Positions 26,601 through 40,332 are shown, counted from the first letter of the stretch. The stretch is DNA of 64,000 nt from Catajapyx aquilonaris (GCA_000934665.2 KZ537994.1:62001-126000), one strand, 5' to 3'. The notes: a model not told the origin generated them from the letters alone. Made by a program: numbers and translations.

Positions 26601-29600
26601 ACTGCTGTTGGCAGTTGTGTGGATGTGGATGAGGAGGTGGTGGCAAGAGCAGCAGACACGGAGGATAGTGCCGCAAAGCTCCCTGCGACAAGGCCTTGGT
26701 TCAAAGCATCCCCAGAGGTCAGCACAGATGCCTGGTTAGTAGTGGCTGCATTGGTGGTGGTGGTCAGGCCCGATGGAGGAGGAGGGGCTACTCCAGAGGC
26801 AGAACTCGCAGGCTGGCCGGTAGCACTTGGGATCGGCAGGGCTTCGCCTACCTGAAGCTGCTGCTGCGGCTGCTGTAGTTCTTGTTGCGATTGTATCGCC
26901 TGCATCCCAGCCACTTGGAAGCCCTGCACATAAACTTGTTGTGCTTGGAAGGTTGCTCCACCATTACCTGGAGGGAGCATTCCATTGAACTGGCCAGGCA
27001 TGGCCACATAGCCCTGTGTTGCAGCTCCTGGAGCAGCCTGACTGAATGCAGGCACTGGCACCTGCTGAAAAGACTGCTGGACAGGAGCCTGACCCTGCTG
27101 GTAGGGCACCTGGAAGGCTGGTGCCAAGTAGCCTTGAGAGTAGAACGGCTGCTGCACCTGAAAATTTAACCAATGTTAGTTTTTACAGTTCAAGCATAAC
27201 AAACTGGATGGGTCACAAACCAACATTAAAGTTATACCACTATCTTGAAATGTACTTCACATGGCATCATTTGTAAAATATGCAATTTACTGTATCCTAC
27301 TATTCTTCTGTAAACAAAAACTGTGCCTTAGTGGCAACTACAAACATTTAGTGTACAGCACTCAGGGTGGATGAACAAATCCCAAGAATTACACTATCAT
27401 TGATGACTGTTACCTGGTGTGCTACATGTTGCCACTGCAAGACATAATTTCAATATCTACACCTACTTAATAGATCATTTCAACAGGTATAACACTCCTA
27501 GGTTACAACAGACATATGGGTCCGGTTACTGTGAAAACCAGCCAAAAAATATAACTTTGCCTTCCAACCACTGCATGTCATTGGTTCTCATTGAAACTTT
27601 AACACTCCCACTGGATTTTTAGAGTAATAAAGCACATGCACACTAGGAACCTTCCTGCACTGGGTCAGTTTAGATGTTACTCATTTTTTCAAACAATTGT
27701 TACAGAAATATAACATTTCAATAACTCATGTCTCTCTCCTCTCAGTTCATCATAAGATTTTTCTCCATGGCAAAAAAGCCTGCAGCCAAAATCTCTCTGC
27801 TCTCACTGTGTTCCCCAGTAAATAGGTCAATGAACATGCCATCACCAGTCATCATACCTGCGCCTGTAGATAAATTGCTTGTCCTTGTAGCAGAGGATTA
27901 TCTCCTTGTTGCAAAGTCACATAACCCGAGTCTGGTGATATCTCAGCTAGAAACCAGAAATGGTAAATAAAAGGTCATTAAAACCAACCTTCTTCAGCCA
28001 TGATAGCAGCACAAAACAAATCAGTGTCACTAATAAGTCCACCATCTGAGAGCACAAGTAGAATCACAATCTAACATGAGGAGATACAGTAGTTACATCT
28101 TGGAACGTTTCCACTGATTGCAAGTCACATTGTGGAATTTATCAGCACTTGAATTGAAGCACACCTCATCTTTCAGATAAATATGAGGCCTTTTGAGTGT
28201 CAATAAGAATGACTCACTACAATAAGCTTCAAAAATTAGAATTAGCTAAATAACTTCTTCCAATGACCCCGCTAGATGGAGCACTTGGTAGGCTATATAA
28301 TTATGATTACTTGATATGCTCGAACAGCAAATCATTAATCTGTATCAAATACACGCAACATAGGCAAGCTTGTGACACCCTGTCAGACAACCAAAATATT
28401 ATGACACTTGCTTCAGTTTCCAGGCACTACCAGCATGACACTTGGGCATGAAGATAAGAATTTCTTATAGTGGACCTCATGTAGGGACCTACATTTAAAC
28501 TATTCTGCAATATTGGATAACTGACAAGTGCTGCCACATTGGGGAACCTGGCAAAGGACACCTTTTAGGATTGGTTTTTCCATATACCACAATAATTTTT
28601 CAGTCAAAGTTGTTTGTTAAATTAAATGCATGTCGAGCAATGGTGTAGTAGTTCGTTGCACAGCCTTCCACCTCTGAGGTACCGAGTTCAATTGCCAGAT
28701 TGGGCAGATAAACTTCTTATGAGGGTAATTACTGCATTATGAGTTCTCCCATTTCTCACCACAATCAGAAATCCATCAGCAGCTCAGAAATTGAATGTTG
28801 GATTGTGGAAGCAAGATCCCAATTTAGCTTTTCAGAAATTCAAAAACCTCTGTGCAAAAAGCTTGCTGCTAAAAGATTCCCACACCAAAAGTCCACATCA
28901 GTTATAAATGTATGAGTGAAAAGGACGACCAACCTTGGCTTGCCTCTGGGACAGCTAAAGTGTTGTTGTCAGTCACTTGGTTGGAAGTGGCACCTTCTGC
29001 TCTCTCTTGACCACTTTGAGGTTGCACTTGCTGCTCTTGCTGCTTCCTCTTTTCCTCCCTCTCTTTCGCCAATGTTTGGATCTGTGTCCGAATCATTTTT
29101 GCCACAACACGAAAATCTTCTTCCAAAATAATTCCAGATTTTGCCTGCAAGGTAACACCAGCAAAGATTTCAAAAAAATGTAAGATGCCTTCATATTGTG
29201 GATTGATTACTACAGCTCTCCGATGTGGGCCTTTTCTCTTTCATGAGCCTAGAAATACATTAGGCCTATGTTTGTGGCCATCTGAATATAAGTTGTGAGA
29301 AAGCCTCTGAGAGTCCTACCTCTATCCAAATACGGAGGTACTGCAATTCAAACTAGTCAAGGATGGATAAAAACTAAATTAACCACCTTGTCACAGAAAA
29401 GTTTCAAAATTGCACTTTATAAACCAAAAGCGAAGTATGACTGTAAGTAAGTTACAAGCCCTCAACCTGCCATAATTTTCCAACCTGAATGCCTACACTC
29501 TGATGAATGTGTCCCAATGCCAGGCCACGGACATTATGCCCAACACATGATGATTTTAAAAGTGGATCATTGCTTTGGATTTTCTAAGGTAAAGAATATT

Positions 29601-32600
29601 CCTGGAAGGATCTAAAGATATAGCAATCATTCTGACCCAATGAATATAAATGCATCATATTGGAATTTCAATCTCACATACAGCTTTCAGTTTATAAAGT
29701 ACAATAGTGAACAATGTCTGGCAATATGTTTTGAATTGCCTTTGTCTATGAAGTGAAATCATGCTTACCATTTCTGCAGCAATCTTATCAGCATTGTCAT
29801 TCTGCATGTCAAATTCAAACTGAATGGCTTCATTCTCTTTGTACTTGGTGCTTCGCTTCTTTGGATCAACCACTCTCAGTCGGAACTCCACCTTTTCAGA
29901 CACTGAAACAACTGCCTCATCTCGTGACACCATCTCCAGTTTTAAACCAATGTCTTCCCCAAAAAATTCATGGTTCAGCAGCTCTCTCACACTTGGTCTT
30001 CATATGAAACAGTAAAAGATGTGTCAATCTTTTAGCTCTGATTTTCACTCCATCCCCACTCACCTCTCCTCCTTGATTAGCCTAGTGCACTTGTCAATGA
30101 TTTCCTTCAATTCTGGAGCATCTACCTTGTCGTAGCTCATGGGACGCACACCCTAAACAGAAATAAATAAGCATTTCAATAACCTTTTCCTAAAGGAGCC
30201 CCAGAAAATTATATCAGATTGCCTTCATGTTTGTGTAAACTTGTGAAGAATTATATGAGTAACAAATAAAAGAGTTAAAAAGTAACCACTTCTACAAATT
30301 GCACTACATTGCCATCCATGACATTGGCATTTAAGAATACACATTTACAATAAGAATGCCTCAGAACAATGGAGACCTCAAAATTGCCACCCCATTTTGT
30401 AATACCAGAGACAGTCTGTAACAAAAAATGCCTATGGTGCCAGAAGCACATAACAAAATCTGTCATTCTACCAGCGGATCATAAACAGATGAATTTCCAT
30501 TCAAGTTAAGCACTCCACAATCACAAATCATTACTGTCATAGGAAATCAGTGTGCTTGCAACTTTTTCTTGAAATAAATTGTAAATGCTAATACAGTGGA
30601 GCATCGATTATCCGAATACCGATCAACCGAAGCATCGGTTAACTGAAAGCATTGGAGTAGGCAAATTCAAATTTGCGAGCGAGATTGAGCGGGGGGAAAA
30701 AATCGAGACTCAGCTCTGAAACAAAAGAAAATACATGTGTTGGACTTTTTTTTCCTAAACCGTAGGTCTACTTTAGTGTATGTAGTGTACTGTATACTAC
30801 TTTATGTAAGGTATATGTAATTTCAAGACGGGACTGTGATACAAAATATACAGTTTTGTGTTTAATATCACTGTTTCTTTGTTTCATATTGCTCCTATGA
30901 CATCGGTACAATTTTTTTTCTGTAAATGATAGGTTATCCGAAAAATTAGTTATCTGAACACCCCCAGTCCCCCCATTGTTTCGGATAATCAATGCTCCAC
31001 TGTACTTCCATTTCACTTCAACTGGCATGCATTCCAATTGACTGGAACAATAGGAGGCATAGGCTTGGCTCTATTGCCAAGATGGGTTGCCTGTGACTTG
31101 AGATTGTGATTTTAAAATAGCATCTTTTCCATGCTCACAAGCAACACGCTTTTGTGTCTGTCACTCTCCAGACATTTCACACAAGAAATGCCACTGCCCA
31201 TGTCATATTGATGACGTATGCAATTTCCCTTGTAACTCCCTTTCAAAGCAGCAATGGTATGTTACTCACACTGACAACTTTCTTATATATCTGAGCAGGT
31301 CCAGAGCACTCAGCATATGGATACTCAGAAGTAACCATCTCCAGCATACACATCCCAAAAGCATATACGTCCACACTCTCATCATAATGTTCTTCGTACA
31401 TCTCAGGTGCCATAAATTCAGGTGTTCCTGAAAACAGACTGTGAGTGACTGAAAAAAACACATTTAAAGCAATGGTTGCATACCTATTATTGACTTAGCA
31501 AAGGATCGATTCTTCAGGGTTGCAAGGCCAAGGTCACCTATCTTCACACTTCCAGTTGTCCCTGTTATGAAAATGTTGTCACATTTCAAGTCACGATGGA
31601 TGATTGGTGGAGTGCGTGAATGCAGAAAGTACAGTCCTTTCAGAATCTGCCTGCACCAAGATTTGAACACTTTCATGTTCACTTTCTTGAAACGGCGAAG
31701 GTAGCTGCAATCATGATAATAAATTTCAGTTTCACTCCTTCCAATGTATCAAATGCTCATTCAACAGGAAATCCACATATGTCACCACTTACGTTTTAAG
31801 AGTGCCTGAAGTCATCAGTTCAGTCACAAGTACAATGTACTTTCGTTTTGACTGACTCACTTCCCAGTAGTCATAAAATCTGACAATGTTTGGATGTTGC
31901 AAGCCTTTTAGCATCTCAGCCTCTTCTCTAAACCTCTGCCTCTCATTCTTGTTCAGTTTCTTTTCCTGTTCATGGTAGAGAGACCACATCAGCAGGTATT
32001 CCTTTTTTTCCTACTCTTTTATTTGGAGGGAGAGGGGAGAGAAGTAAGTTATGTCTACTCTTCCATCCTGAAATATTTTAAAAATTTCTTTACAGTTCAC
32101 AAGATATTGTAAAAATCATGTTGAATGATTGTGTGAACTTCAGGAGTTCAATAATGCTACGCATCTCTGTAAGCTAGGCAAATCCCTTTCATTCTCTTCC
32201 CAGATATTGCAAGACAGTTGGACATACAACTAAAACTCAGGAAACTAAACAAGAAAACTGTTATCATCTGAAGTCTACTGCCGAAAGGCAGACAGAGTCA
32301 GATTCAATTCAGAGAGAGCTCCACTTACCCCAAAATTCTTCTTCAATGGTGGAAAATTGATTTGCTTATCATTTATTACCATATTTACCGAATCTAATAA
32401 GTCATGACCCTAGTTTTAAGTTTAGTCAAATTTTAGAAAAAATCTTGGGCTTTGTACCTCAATCTAAGTTGCATCCTATTTTTTCCGGGAATGTTAAGGC
32501 AAAAAGTGCCTCTTAAATTGAAGTAAATAGGGTATGTACTGATTAAAATCAGGGAATAAGACATTTTATCAAGAACCACTTCTGCAAGGGGTAGATGTAA

Positions 32601-35147
32601 AATAGTGGCAACAGAAATTTACACCCCCTAGTGTGTAATTGTTTGAACCTTGTTCATGAACGTCTGCCACACTTCTGGAAAGCAAAAGGCACCATCAGCA
32701 GAGCTTTTCTTGTTGAAGTGTACTCTGCTTTTTAAAGTTAGCATCACCCTTCCGAGAGAAAAAACTTACTGAGAGGTTTTTTTAACTTTGCAGTGTCACA
32801 GTCTGATTGAGTGGAAAGAAGCCCAAGCAACAATCTGGCTATACAAAGATATAGAAATTGATAGATGGAGAGAGAAAAGAAGGGTGGTATCTATCTTGGT
32901 CTGGTTCTTCCCACAAAGACCTCTCCTGCTGACCCTTGGCAAGAAATGGTATATGGTAGAGAATTCTTCCTCATGATGTAGTGAATATTCTAAACATTGT
33001 GTCTTCTATATTATCCATACACTGTCTTGGTGAGTATGTATTTACACAACTTCACAGCCTTGCACAGGTGCACCCTAATGTCATGTACATTTGTGAAACT
33101 GTGCCCACCTCACTTGCCACACAGCCTATTACAAACACCACATATTACAGCAAGAGGTGAGTGTGTTGCCACTACTTTATATTCATCCCTCGTAAATTAG
33201 TGAAGATGATTATCATATTCACAAGGTTAGCTCTCTTTTAAGTAATACAATTTCATCACACCAGCTTTTCCAAAATACTGTACCTGTAACTCGCACCATG
33301 CAACAGCTACGCCTGTCTGTGTGTCTAGTCCACGGTATACAGTCTTGAAGCTTCCCCTCCCAATTTCCTCATCAAACTTGAGGTACCGTCCATCCTGTGA
33401 TACATCCACTGCTTTCTCCTCCCCTTCGTCCTCAGCAGTGGCCTCCCTGGCCTCTTCCTTCTCAGCCGCTAAACCACCTTCTACACCACCATCAACCACA
33501 CCTTCAACCACGCCCTCTACCTTCACTTCTTCCTCCCCCTCTGCCCCCTCTTGGGGTTGCTCCACCTCCCCACCCTCTATCACTGACATCTCCTTCTCAC
33601 TCTTCTCCAAGTCTTGTTTCTCACTCCCCTCTTCTTCCTCTTCATCGTCCTCATCTTCTCCGTCCTCCTCTTCTTCCTTGCCCCTCTGTTTAACACCACT
33701 TGGTTTATGTTTTGCACCACTCATCACTACCACACCCACTCCCTTACCCGTCCTCACTACACTGCTCCCACTACCAGATGCCCCCTCCTCTTTGACCACC
33801 TGTGGATCCTCCTCAATTGTGGCAGGCCTCTTCTTCTTGAGCACACTCAACCCTCCTAGTCGCTGCCTGGTTGGAACACCAGTCAGACGTCCAAGTAACC
33901 CAGTAGGCTTCCTCCTTTCTGCTGAAGGGAGGTTGCCTGGTACTGATGGAGCTCCTGCCCGAGGGCTGGTCACCCTGGAGGTGGGTGACTGTCCGCCCAC
34001 TCCTCCAACACCCAGGGTTGACTCACCACCAACAGCAGGCTGAACTGTCCGCTTGCGGAGACGCATGGCTGGCTTTGTTGAGGATGATGGGTTTCCACCC
34101 ACAGGAAAGCTCTCCTGGCTTGGAGTACCTACCAAAAGTCACAGTAATAAAAACAATGTTCATTTGCAACAGTCCTCATAAAGTGCCAGCAACAATCCTG
34201 AACACGAAAACACAATTATCACCTTCGTGTAGGATGGTGCAACTTCCTTTAGGATCTAGATTCCTCAAGATAGTTTGAGACATCATAACTCTAACAGATC
34301 GTGTCAATTTCAGCATCAGGACAAAAATGGATCACACTCTGGTCTAGTGGCTGTCTACTCGTCAGCCAAGCATAAGGTTCTCGGTTCAAATCCCCTCCCT
34401 GTCACATTTACTTGGTCTGGTCTTTTTCCACTTTTCACCCGGCATATCCAGGCTAAAATCAGTATAATCTACCAGAGCAAGTTTGTCCTAAAGCAGGCTT
34501 ATCTCAAGGAATCTGGATCTGAGAGGAAGTTCACATCTTTTTGCACCACCCAGTACATGCAAAGTACTGCTAAGTAATACCTTCTTGACATGTGCTTCCC
34601 TTGGCTAGAAAAGTAAAATTAGTGATTCAATTAGGCACGAACAAATGTGACACTCACTGGCATAGTCGCTCCTTTTACAGTTGCACGTAATGCAGAAGAA
34701 GCACAAGCACATATCCACCAAGAAGATGTATGTGTCAGAGAGTATCCAAAGCACAAGAACAACTGAGAGCCTCTCTGACAACTGCTTTGTTCCTCACAGT
34801 GCCAGTGACCGCAATAACAAAAATTCTGGGAACTTCCTCTGAGATAAGTAAGAAGTCACGAGCAACATACCTTGACAAAGGGTATTGTCCTCAGCCAGCT
34901 GTTCCTTGCTGGCTGAGGAATGCAGAGAGGCTAAAGATGCTGATGATGAGGTGGATGATGCTGAGTCCAAGATGGTCTCCCTCTGTTGGTTCTTATGTCT
35001 ACTGCTACCCCCAGCATTGTTGTTGGAGCCGGAGCTGGAGCTGGAGCCAGAGCCAGTGCTGATCCCACCCCTTTCCCGGCCAGCACGTTCATGTTCGCCA
35101 TTCACAGCTGCTACGCCTCTGGTGCTGCTCCCCTTCCCTTTACTCAT
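2644..35147 (-). CDS. Wnk: Serine/threonine-protein kinase WNK (with no lysine), 24 coding exons, about 3373 aa if all exons are included
   Basis: Phase-consistent exons in transcript order: 35147-34871, 34128-33284, 31965-31793, 31704-31484, 31427-31270, 30152-30064, 29997-29769, 29144-28934, 27946-27858, 27157-25250, 20307-20159, 19811-19586, 19374-19186, 17031-16960, 15609-15478, 15360-15265, 13166-12928, 12757-12568, 12038-10395, 10282-9814, 9705-9173, 5476-4481, 3989-3886, 3526-2644 (sum 10122 nt, divisible by 3). Has the WNK kinase signature, PF2/CCT-like domains, RFxV/I motifs (RFLV 15331-15342, RFQV 9848-9859, RFCI 9659-9670) and a C-terminal coiled coil with HQ ([20 protein letters not shown]). 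Exon usage in the disordered regions is less certain than in the kinase. Confidence 0.93.
6235..6395. mobile_element. Small pogo/Tigger-like MITE
   Basis: TIRs cactgaaacctgtc / gacaggtttcactg (1 mismatch); TA on the left, right TSD decayed. Confidence 0.6.
7014..8448. mobile_element. Non-autonomous hAT (Charlie-like) DNA transposon
   Basis: Imperfect TIRs cgagggtggtcaaa / tttgcccacccctg; exact 8-bp TSD gcctacac at 7006-7013 and 8449-8456; subterminal ggccgca motifs; no transposase ORF. Confidence 0.8.
10560..11990 (-). repeat. Coding poly-glutamine region of WNK with a 36-bp tandem array (about 10 near-identical copies, 10981-11340) encoding [12 protein letters not shown]
   Basis: Plus-strand unit tgcatctgttgttgctgttgatgctgctgttgtgct repeats directly, flanked by degenerate CAG/CAA-rich variants; lies inside exon 12038-10395. 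Confidence 0.95.
13593..14040. mobile_element. Tc1/mariner-type MITE with long (about 110 bp) terminal inverted repeats
   Basis: cagggtgaagggaaactcgc... / ...gcgagtttcccttcaccctg, inverted match continuing through gggatgtgcaattagtttt / aaaactaattgcacatccc; TA on both sides. Confidence 0.9.
14090..14747. mobile_element. Non-autonomous DNA transposon, hAT-like (8-bp TSD)
   Basis: Imperfect TIRs taaagccagaatttttaggca / tgcttaaaaatccggacttta; exact 8-bp TSD gtcattat at 14082-14089 and 14748-14755; internal gcctat motifs. Confidence 0.75.
28635..28770 (+). mobile_element. Degenerate tRNA-derived SINE head
   Basis: A-box-like TGGTGTAGTAG (28641) and B-box-like GAGTTCAATTG (28684), followed by gagttctcccatttctcacc; no intact cloverleaf. 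Confidence 0.45.
30594..31002. mobile_element. pogo/Tigger-like MITE
   Basis: TIRs cagtggagcatcgattatccgaa / ttcggataatcaatgctccactg (1 mismatch), TA on both sides. Confidence 0.9.
32379..32532. mobile_element. Degenerate Tc1/pogo-like MITE remnant
   Basis: TA|ccatatttac ... gtaaataggg|TA, imperfect termini. Confidence 0.35.
34335..34480 (+). mobile_element. Degenerate tRNA-derived SINE head
   Basis: A box TGGTCTAGTGG (34340-34350) and B box GGTTCAAATCC (34383-34393) at Pol III spacing; stems not intact. Confidence 0.5.
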
Positions 35148-35787
35148 AGCACTTGTGACAGGCTGGAGCTGATGCTGCCTCCAAATGCAGCCCACCTTAC
35201 AGACATCCTGATTGTTGTCGACAGATGCTGCTCACAGTTCTCCTCAGCATCCCTCTGCACTTCAGAATCGATATTTCTAGGTATTACCAATCTGCAACAA
35301 AGAGGATTCTTGTAAGATCTTTTCAAATGCATCCATAAATCTGAATAGGTACTAATATCCTTTGTTCTCTCTTCAAGAACACAAAAGATGCGTCATATTA
35401 CCAGTAGCTATTTCTCAGAATTGAGTGCATTTGCAAATCTTTGTTAATCAACTTGCAGCTAGCAGTAACATGCATCGTCTTATTTTGTACACTTCCCTCC
35501 AAGGTTCCCGTATTTGCTGCCACAAAGTGCAACAACTTGTCATAAAATATTTCCACATTTGTCATGCATCATCACAAATATTCAAGGCAACGTTTCAAGG
35601 ATTGTTCAAGTCAATGGGCCCGAGCTCCATTCTGTCTCCTCCATCCTGGTTCCATGCCTTGTAGCTTTATTGTGACACTGCTTTGTCAGCTTCTTCTTAC
35701 ATGTACTGGCAATGGAACAGTGAAATTTGGGAATTGATGTCACTAACTTTCAATTGTTAGTTTCATCACTGACATTGTGGAAAGTAC

Positions 35788-35821
35788 TGTAATTCTTGCC
35801 ATTGCAATGGCAAGAATTACA
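35788..35821. repeat. Perfect 34-bp spacerless palindrome
   Basis: tgtaattcttgccattg|caatggcaagaattaca is its own reverse complement. Confidence 0.9.
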
Positions 35822-38800
35822 AGAATGACTCTTGGAGAAATGCAGTAAATTCCGCTTCACATTTCTAAGATATTATTACATCCCAATAACATTTGAGGGT
35901 AATCATTACCGATTATTCTTAAAATAATGAACACTGGTATGCATAAGTGTAAGTTTCATAAACTCAAGTCCCATATGCCCATTACATGAGAATGCCATCA
36001 AGTGTGAGTGCCTGTCCACGAAAACATAATTATCAATAGTGGTAATGGGAAAGGCTGGGTACTGTACCAGCATCTGCAACCTTCACATCAGGCAATTCGA
36101 GAAAAGCTGTGGTTCAATGTGCCTTAGGTTAGAGACAATTCAAAGAGCTCATTAACTTGTTTGAGTCGCATGGTTCAAGGGCCGCAGACAATTCAGACGT
36201 CTTCTTGCTTGATGTGACAGTCACAGTCTTAAGGATATTTGAGAACTACAAACTAATTGTAAAGCATAATCCACATACTCCGCTAAGAAAATCTACGTAT
36301 ATACTTGAGCCATCTCGTCACCTGGTCATAATCGTGTCACAATCAAAGCCTCAATCACTGCCATAGATACAGCTGGAATGGAGAGCAGTAGTTTGTCTCA
36401 CTTATTTTTTGTGAAATTTTTGGGTACAAAAACACACACACACACACACCCACATTGGACAAATATGGAGTGCCTTAGATTAACATGAACCTATACCATG
36501 AGATCTGAATATATGCTGTAAAATAGTACCACTGCAGATCAGGCCTATTCACAATACTACAAAAGTATGAATAAGAAGAGACCTGTATAAGTTAAAATGA
36601 TCTTAAAATATGTGATGAAATGCACTTGACCTATTTAATTCAGCTTATGCGATTCAGCATGCTCAGATAAACCAGCTATATAATGCAACATGGATGACTG
36701 GTTAGTCAGCAGCAATGCATATGGTTAACACTGACCTTTTCAATGTTCTTTCTGTTTGGTACTGGCAAGTGTCCCATTTGGACTCTGCTGACCACTTTTA
36801 CATTTCAAAGAAACAAGTAATGAAATTCTGATCTGGCGTGCCTGAGGATTCCACTGGCGCTGTACCAAACACGCATCTGTAACCCACTGCTTTCATATCA
36901 CATGACCTGAATTACTGGCATACACTGTAATCTAGTCAACAAAAATACTAAATCAGGTGTGTGTACCTCATTTATACTTTTATCTAACACTGCAAATTAG
37001 GAATGGCCAGCAAATGTATACACTCTTAGTTGTTTTGATTTACAGTCATGTGACATTATGTAAAGGGCATCACACCATAATCACTGTTGAAAATGTATAA
37101 TCTACAGGGTGGTGTTAAGTTCTTCCTGTTAATTCTTGTGCAGTTTACCAACTTGTCACTCTCAAAGATTCCCACCTTTTAAATTACCAACTATATTCGC
37201 TGACTGTGCTGTCATGCAGTTTGATTACAGAATGAAACTGAGAACTTCACCAGCATGGAGAGAAGGCTTCAAAACTCTTTCCGCATGAGAAATTTCAATG
37301 GCCGATCAGGTGACTGAGGTGGAGTGCTAACAACTACACTATTTTGCTGCTCTGTCAATAAGTAGCTAGTGTGTAGTTAAATGCTGACTAAATAACCAAT
37401 CAGAAAATTCTTCACCGGTGACATATGGCAATGGAATGTTATTTTCCCCTCAATTTATGCCAATCTATTGTAATGAATACTGAGCACATGGACGTTCAAT
37501 AGGAAAACAGCAGGCAACAACTTGCATGCAGCCAGTTTTCGCATTATGTTGCAATGACAAAGAGGGTCTATTGTCGCCAATCATACACACAAACAATTCC
37601 ACTCTCCCATATCTTTTGAAAGCTTTGGATCCAGTTCTGGATAATATTTATCAGCACCTACATCGGTCAGTCAAGTTCCATGTCCCTCATCATAATTCCT
37701 TTTATATTATCGTGACCTTACTGGACCAAAAAAAGGGTTCAGGATGGAGACAAAACAAACACAATTAATTGTTTTGAATTCCTGTCTACTATCTAGTGTA
37801 GTCTTAGTGCCCCAGTCTAAACCTCTTCTCAGACTGCATTGTATTGCTTACTACTCGTAAATCGGCTGCTATCATGCAAGTTTCATTCCTTCCTCACCAT
37901 CATTCATAAAAACGTAACTGTTCCGGAATGACACTGTATAAAGCCGTAATTGTCACGTGGATCTACCTGGATCATTGGACGTGTTCACATTTTTAAATAA
38001 TAATTTTAAAAGTCGCAACAATCGTAATTTAGTCGCCCGAACATTGGCCTCACATAAGCTATCGAATACTTTCCCGTGAATACATGTCTCCATATCGCAC
38101 ATCCGACTCATACACCGGATTTCTGAGTCAGGCACCGGCGACATCCCCCCCTGGACCAGGCGCCTTCCTCGCTTAAAAAAAAACATAGAGATGTGTCATC
38201 CATGTGACATCATGACGAACGGTTAAACCCCAGCTCGAGAAATCTGTTCGGATGTAAGCACTTATGGATAGTGGTTATCTGGGCATTATCTCTGATTTAA
38301 AAATGAGATACGATTCACATCCTCGAGGCCACCTCTGGTGAATACTCATATTACTGAATGAACCCCATTGTGGTGTTCAGTTCTGGCGCATTCAGCCCTG
38401 AAATGTGACATTTTACTCACGCGGACGGCTTGTCATCGCCCTCTGTAACCACATGATTGTATGACATCAGACACCTGCACAGTTCACCGAACCAATGTCC
38501 CTCAAAATGTTTCTCGAGAGCTACCGACGACTCCTTCGTAAATTGTTTAAAATTGACGTCAAGCCGTCAATCGAGCAACTTTGCGTGTCGAAAGTCAACC
38601 CAAGGTCGGGGTCGATTTATTAAGACGCCCGCCCCCTTGGAAACCCGCACTGCACATGACCTTCCTCAAGCTAATGCAAATTTAGGTCAAACCCCTGCTG
38701 CGAACAACGCACTTTGGCTGCTTTAAGATGCACACAACCTTTGCTTCCTGGACTACCATTTACGTGTGCAAAGGTTCCCAATGTATGTGTACACGGATAT

Positions 38801-40332
38801 TGCAACACTGTTCTCTGCTCAAGGCCCGAGACCTGCAGGTGAAGCATAGAATAAACATGACACAAGCAGCCTATTGATATGATGACAATCGCCACGGTTT
38901 GAACTCCCGGTTTGGTGGCACATCCCAGGATGTGCCAATCATGTATGTGCAAATATTTAATATTGTTCCCCCTATCAGGCTGGCTCTTCTGGGACTCTTT
39001 TGATTCCTGGCATGAAATTATGCGCAGGCCAGAAGGCCAATCCTGAATGGGTCAGCAACCTTAGCTTGCACTTCAAGCCCTACAACGTTTTGCAGCATCC
39101 TTTTGAATTAGTTTGGCCTGGCCCATTACGAATGGTTAATCCAAAACTCAGCCCTCTATAAGTATTAATTATAAGTACTGTCTGCTACATAAATAGCACA
39201 ATGTCATACAGCAACTTGCTGATAATAAAGCTATGCACACTAGTAATATCAACTCCATAATTCTTTTCACGATGAATAACTCTGAGGTCACTTTGATGTG
39301 GATCACCAAGCAGATTTAACAGCCATTTGACTGTATATTACACAAGCTACCTGCAACTACACAACACATGCAAATATAGCAGTATCCAAAGGATAGCCTT
39401 AGGAATAATGTATGAACCGTACCTGCAATCAACAGTACAATTCCAAAGTGAAAAGTACAGGCCAACAGATCACGTTGCATATGAGTAACATGACGCTCCA
39501 CAAGACACACTAATAATAACTGACACAACATGCAGCAATGATATTTACTTGCGTACATGTTTCAGTTCTGCTTATAAAGTCACGTGTATCTCTTCAAATA
39601 ATCTACAGATTGAAGCTGCAAAGTACAATAACATGCAAAGTCCACCAACTGCTACAAGGTATTCCTATCATAGTAATACAATACTACGCTGTCACTTTGA
39701 AAATACTGTTTCGTAATAACTGGCAGTACTCACAGCCCATCAGCTTCGCCACAATATCTGTTTCAAGATAGAAGACCGTTCACAGCTACTCCAAAATGAG
39801 CAACGAGTCCTTTCCCATTAGCAACTCTCCTTGAACAAGCCTTATTACCACCACTGAATGCTCAGAGCGATTGCACACAATAACTTCGCCCTTTAAGTAT
39901 AGCTGAAGTCATGAAGACCTACACCCACACATGAAACAACATGCCTATCAACAATGGAATTTTCTTTCGCAACATTAATGCTCACTAAATGTCGCAGCGT
40001 ACTTTAACAATACTCCCTAAAATCCAGATCGGGTTTAAACAGGGCAGGTGTGCCATTTTTTCAAAACACAACTCTGCCCAATGGAGCAACGTGATACATC
40101 CGGGCAACTAAGTGTTTGCTGATTAAAATTTGTAATGTAAAACCTGTGTAGCACATAGCTGCAAGACATTATGCAATAAATTCACTGTTCCATAATTGAT
40201 ACTGAAAATTGACTCATGAGACTTGCCTCAAATTAGGCCATAATGATGTTATGTTACACCCTAGTAATGATGCAGTTGAAGGTCTTCTACCTTGACACTT
40301 TCCCTGATGGTCAATGACTTATAATTGGCCCT

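Larger units (their letters stand above)
29970..33400 (-). other. Wnk: WNK protein-kinase domain (spread over 6 exons)
   Basis: [12 protein letters not shown] (catalytic Lys in subdomain I), VAWCELQ (Cys in place of the usual subdomain II Lys), [21 protein letters not shown] (DLG instead of DFG), [18 protein letters not shown]: all diagnostic of WNK kinases. Confidence 0.97.

Noticed and set aside
28635..34400. tRNA genes at the A/B-box motifs (28641 and 34340)
   Set aside because: Acceptor and anticodon stems cannot be formed; better explained as SINE heads.
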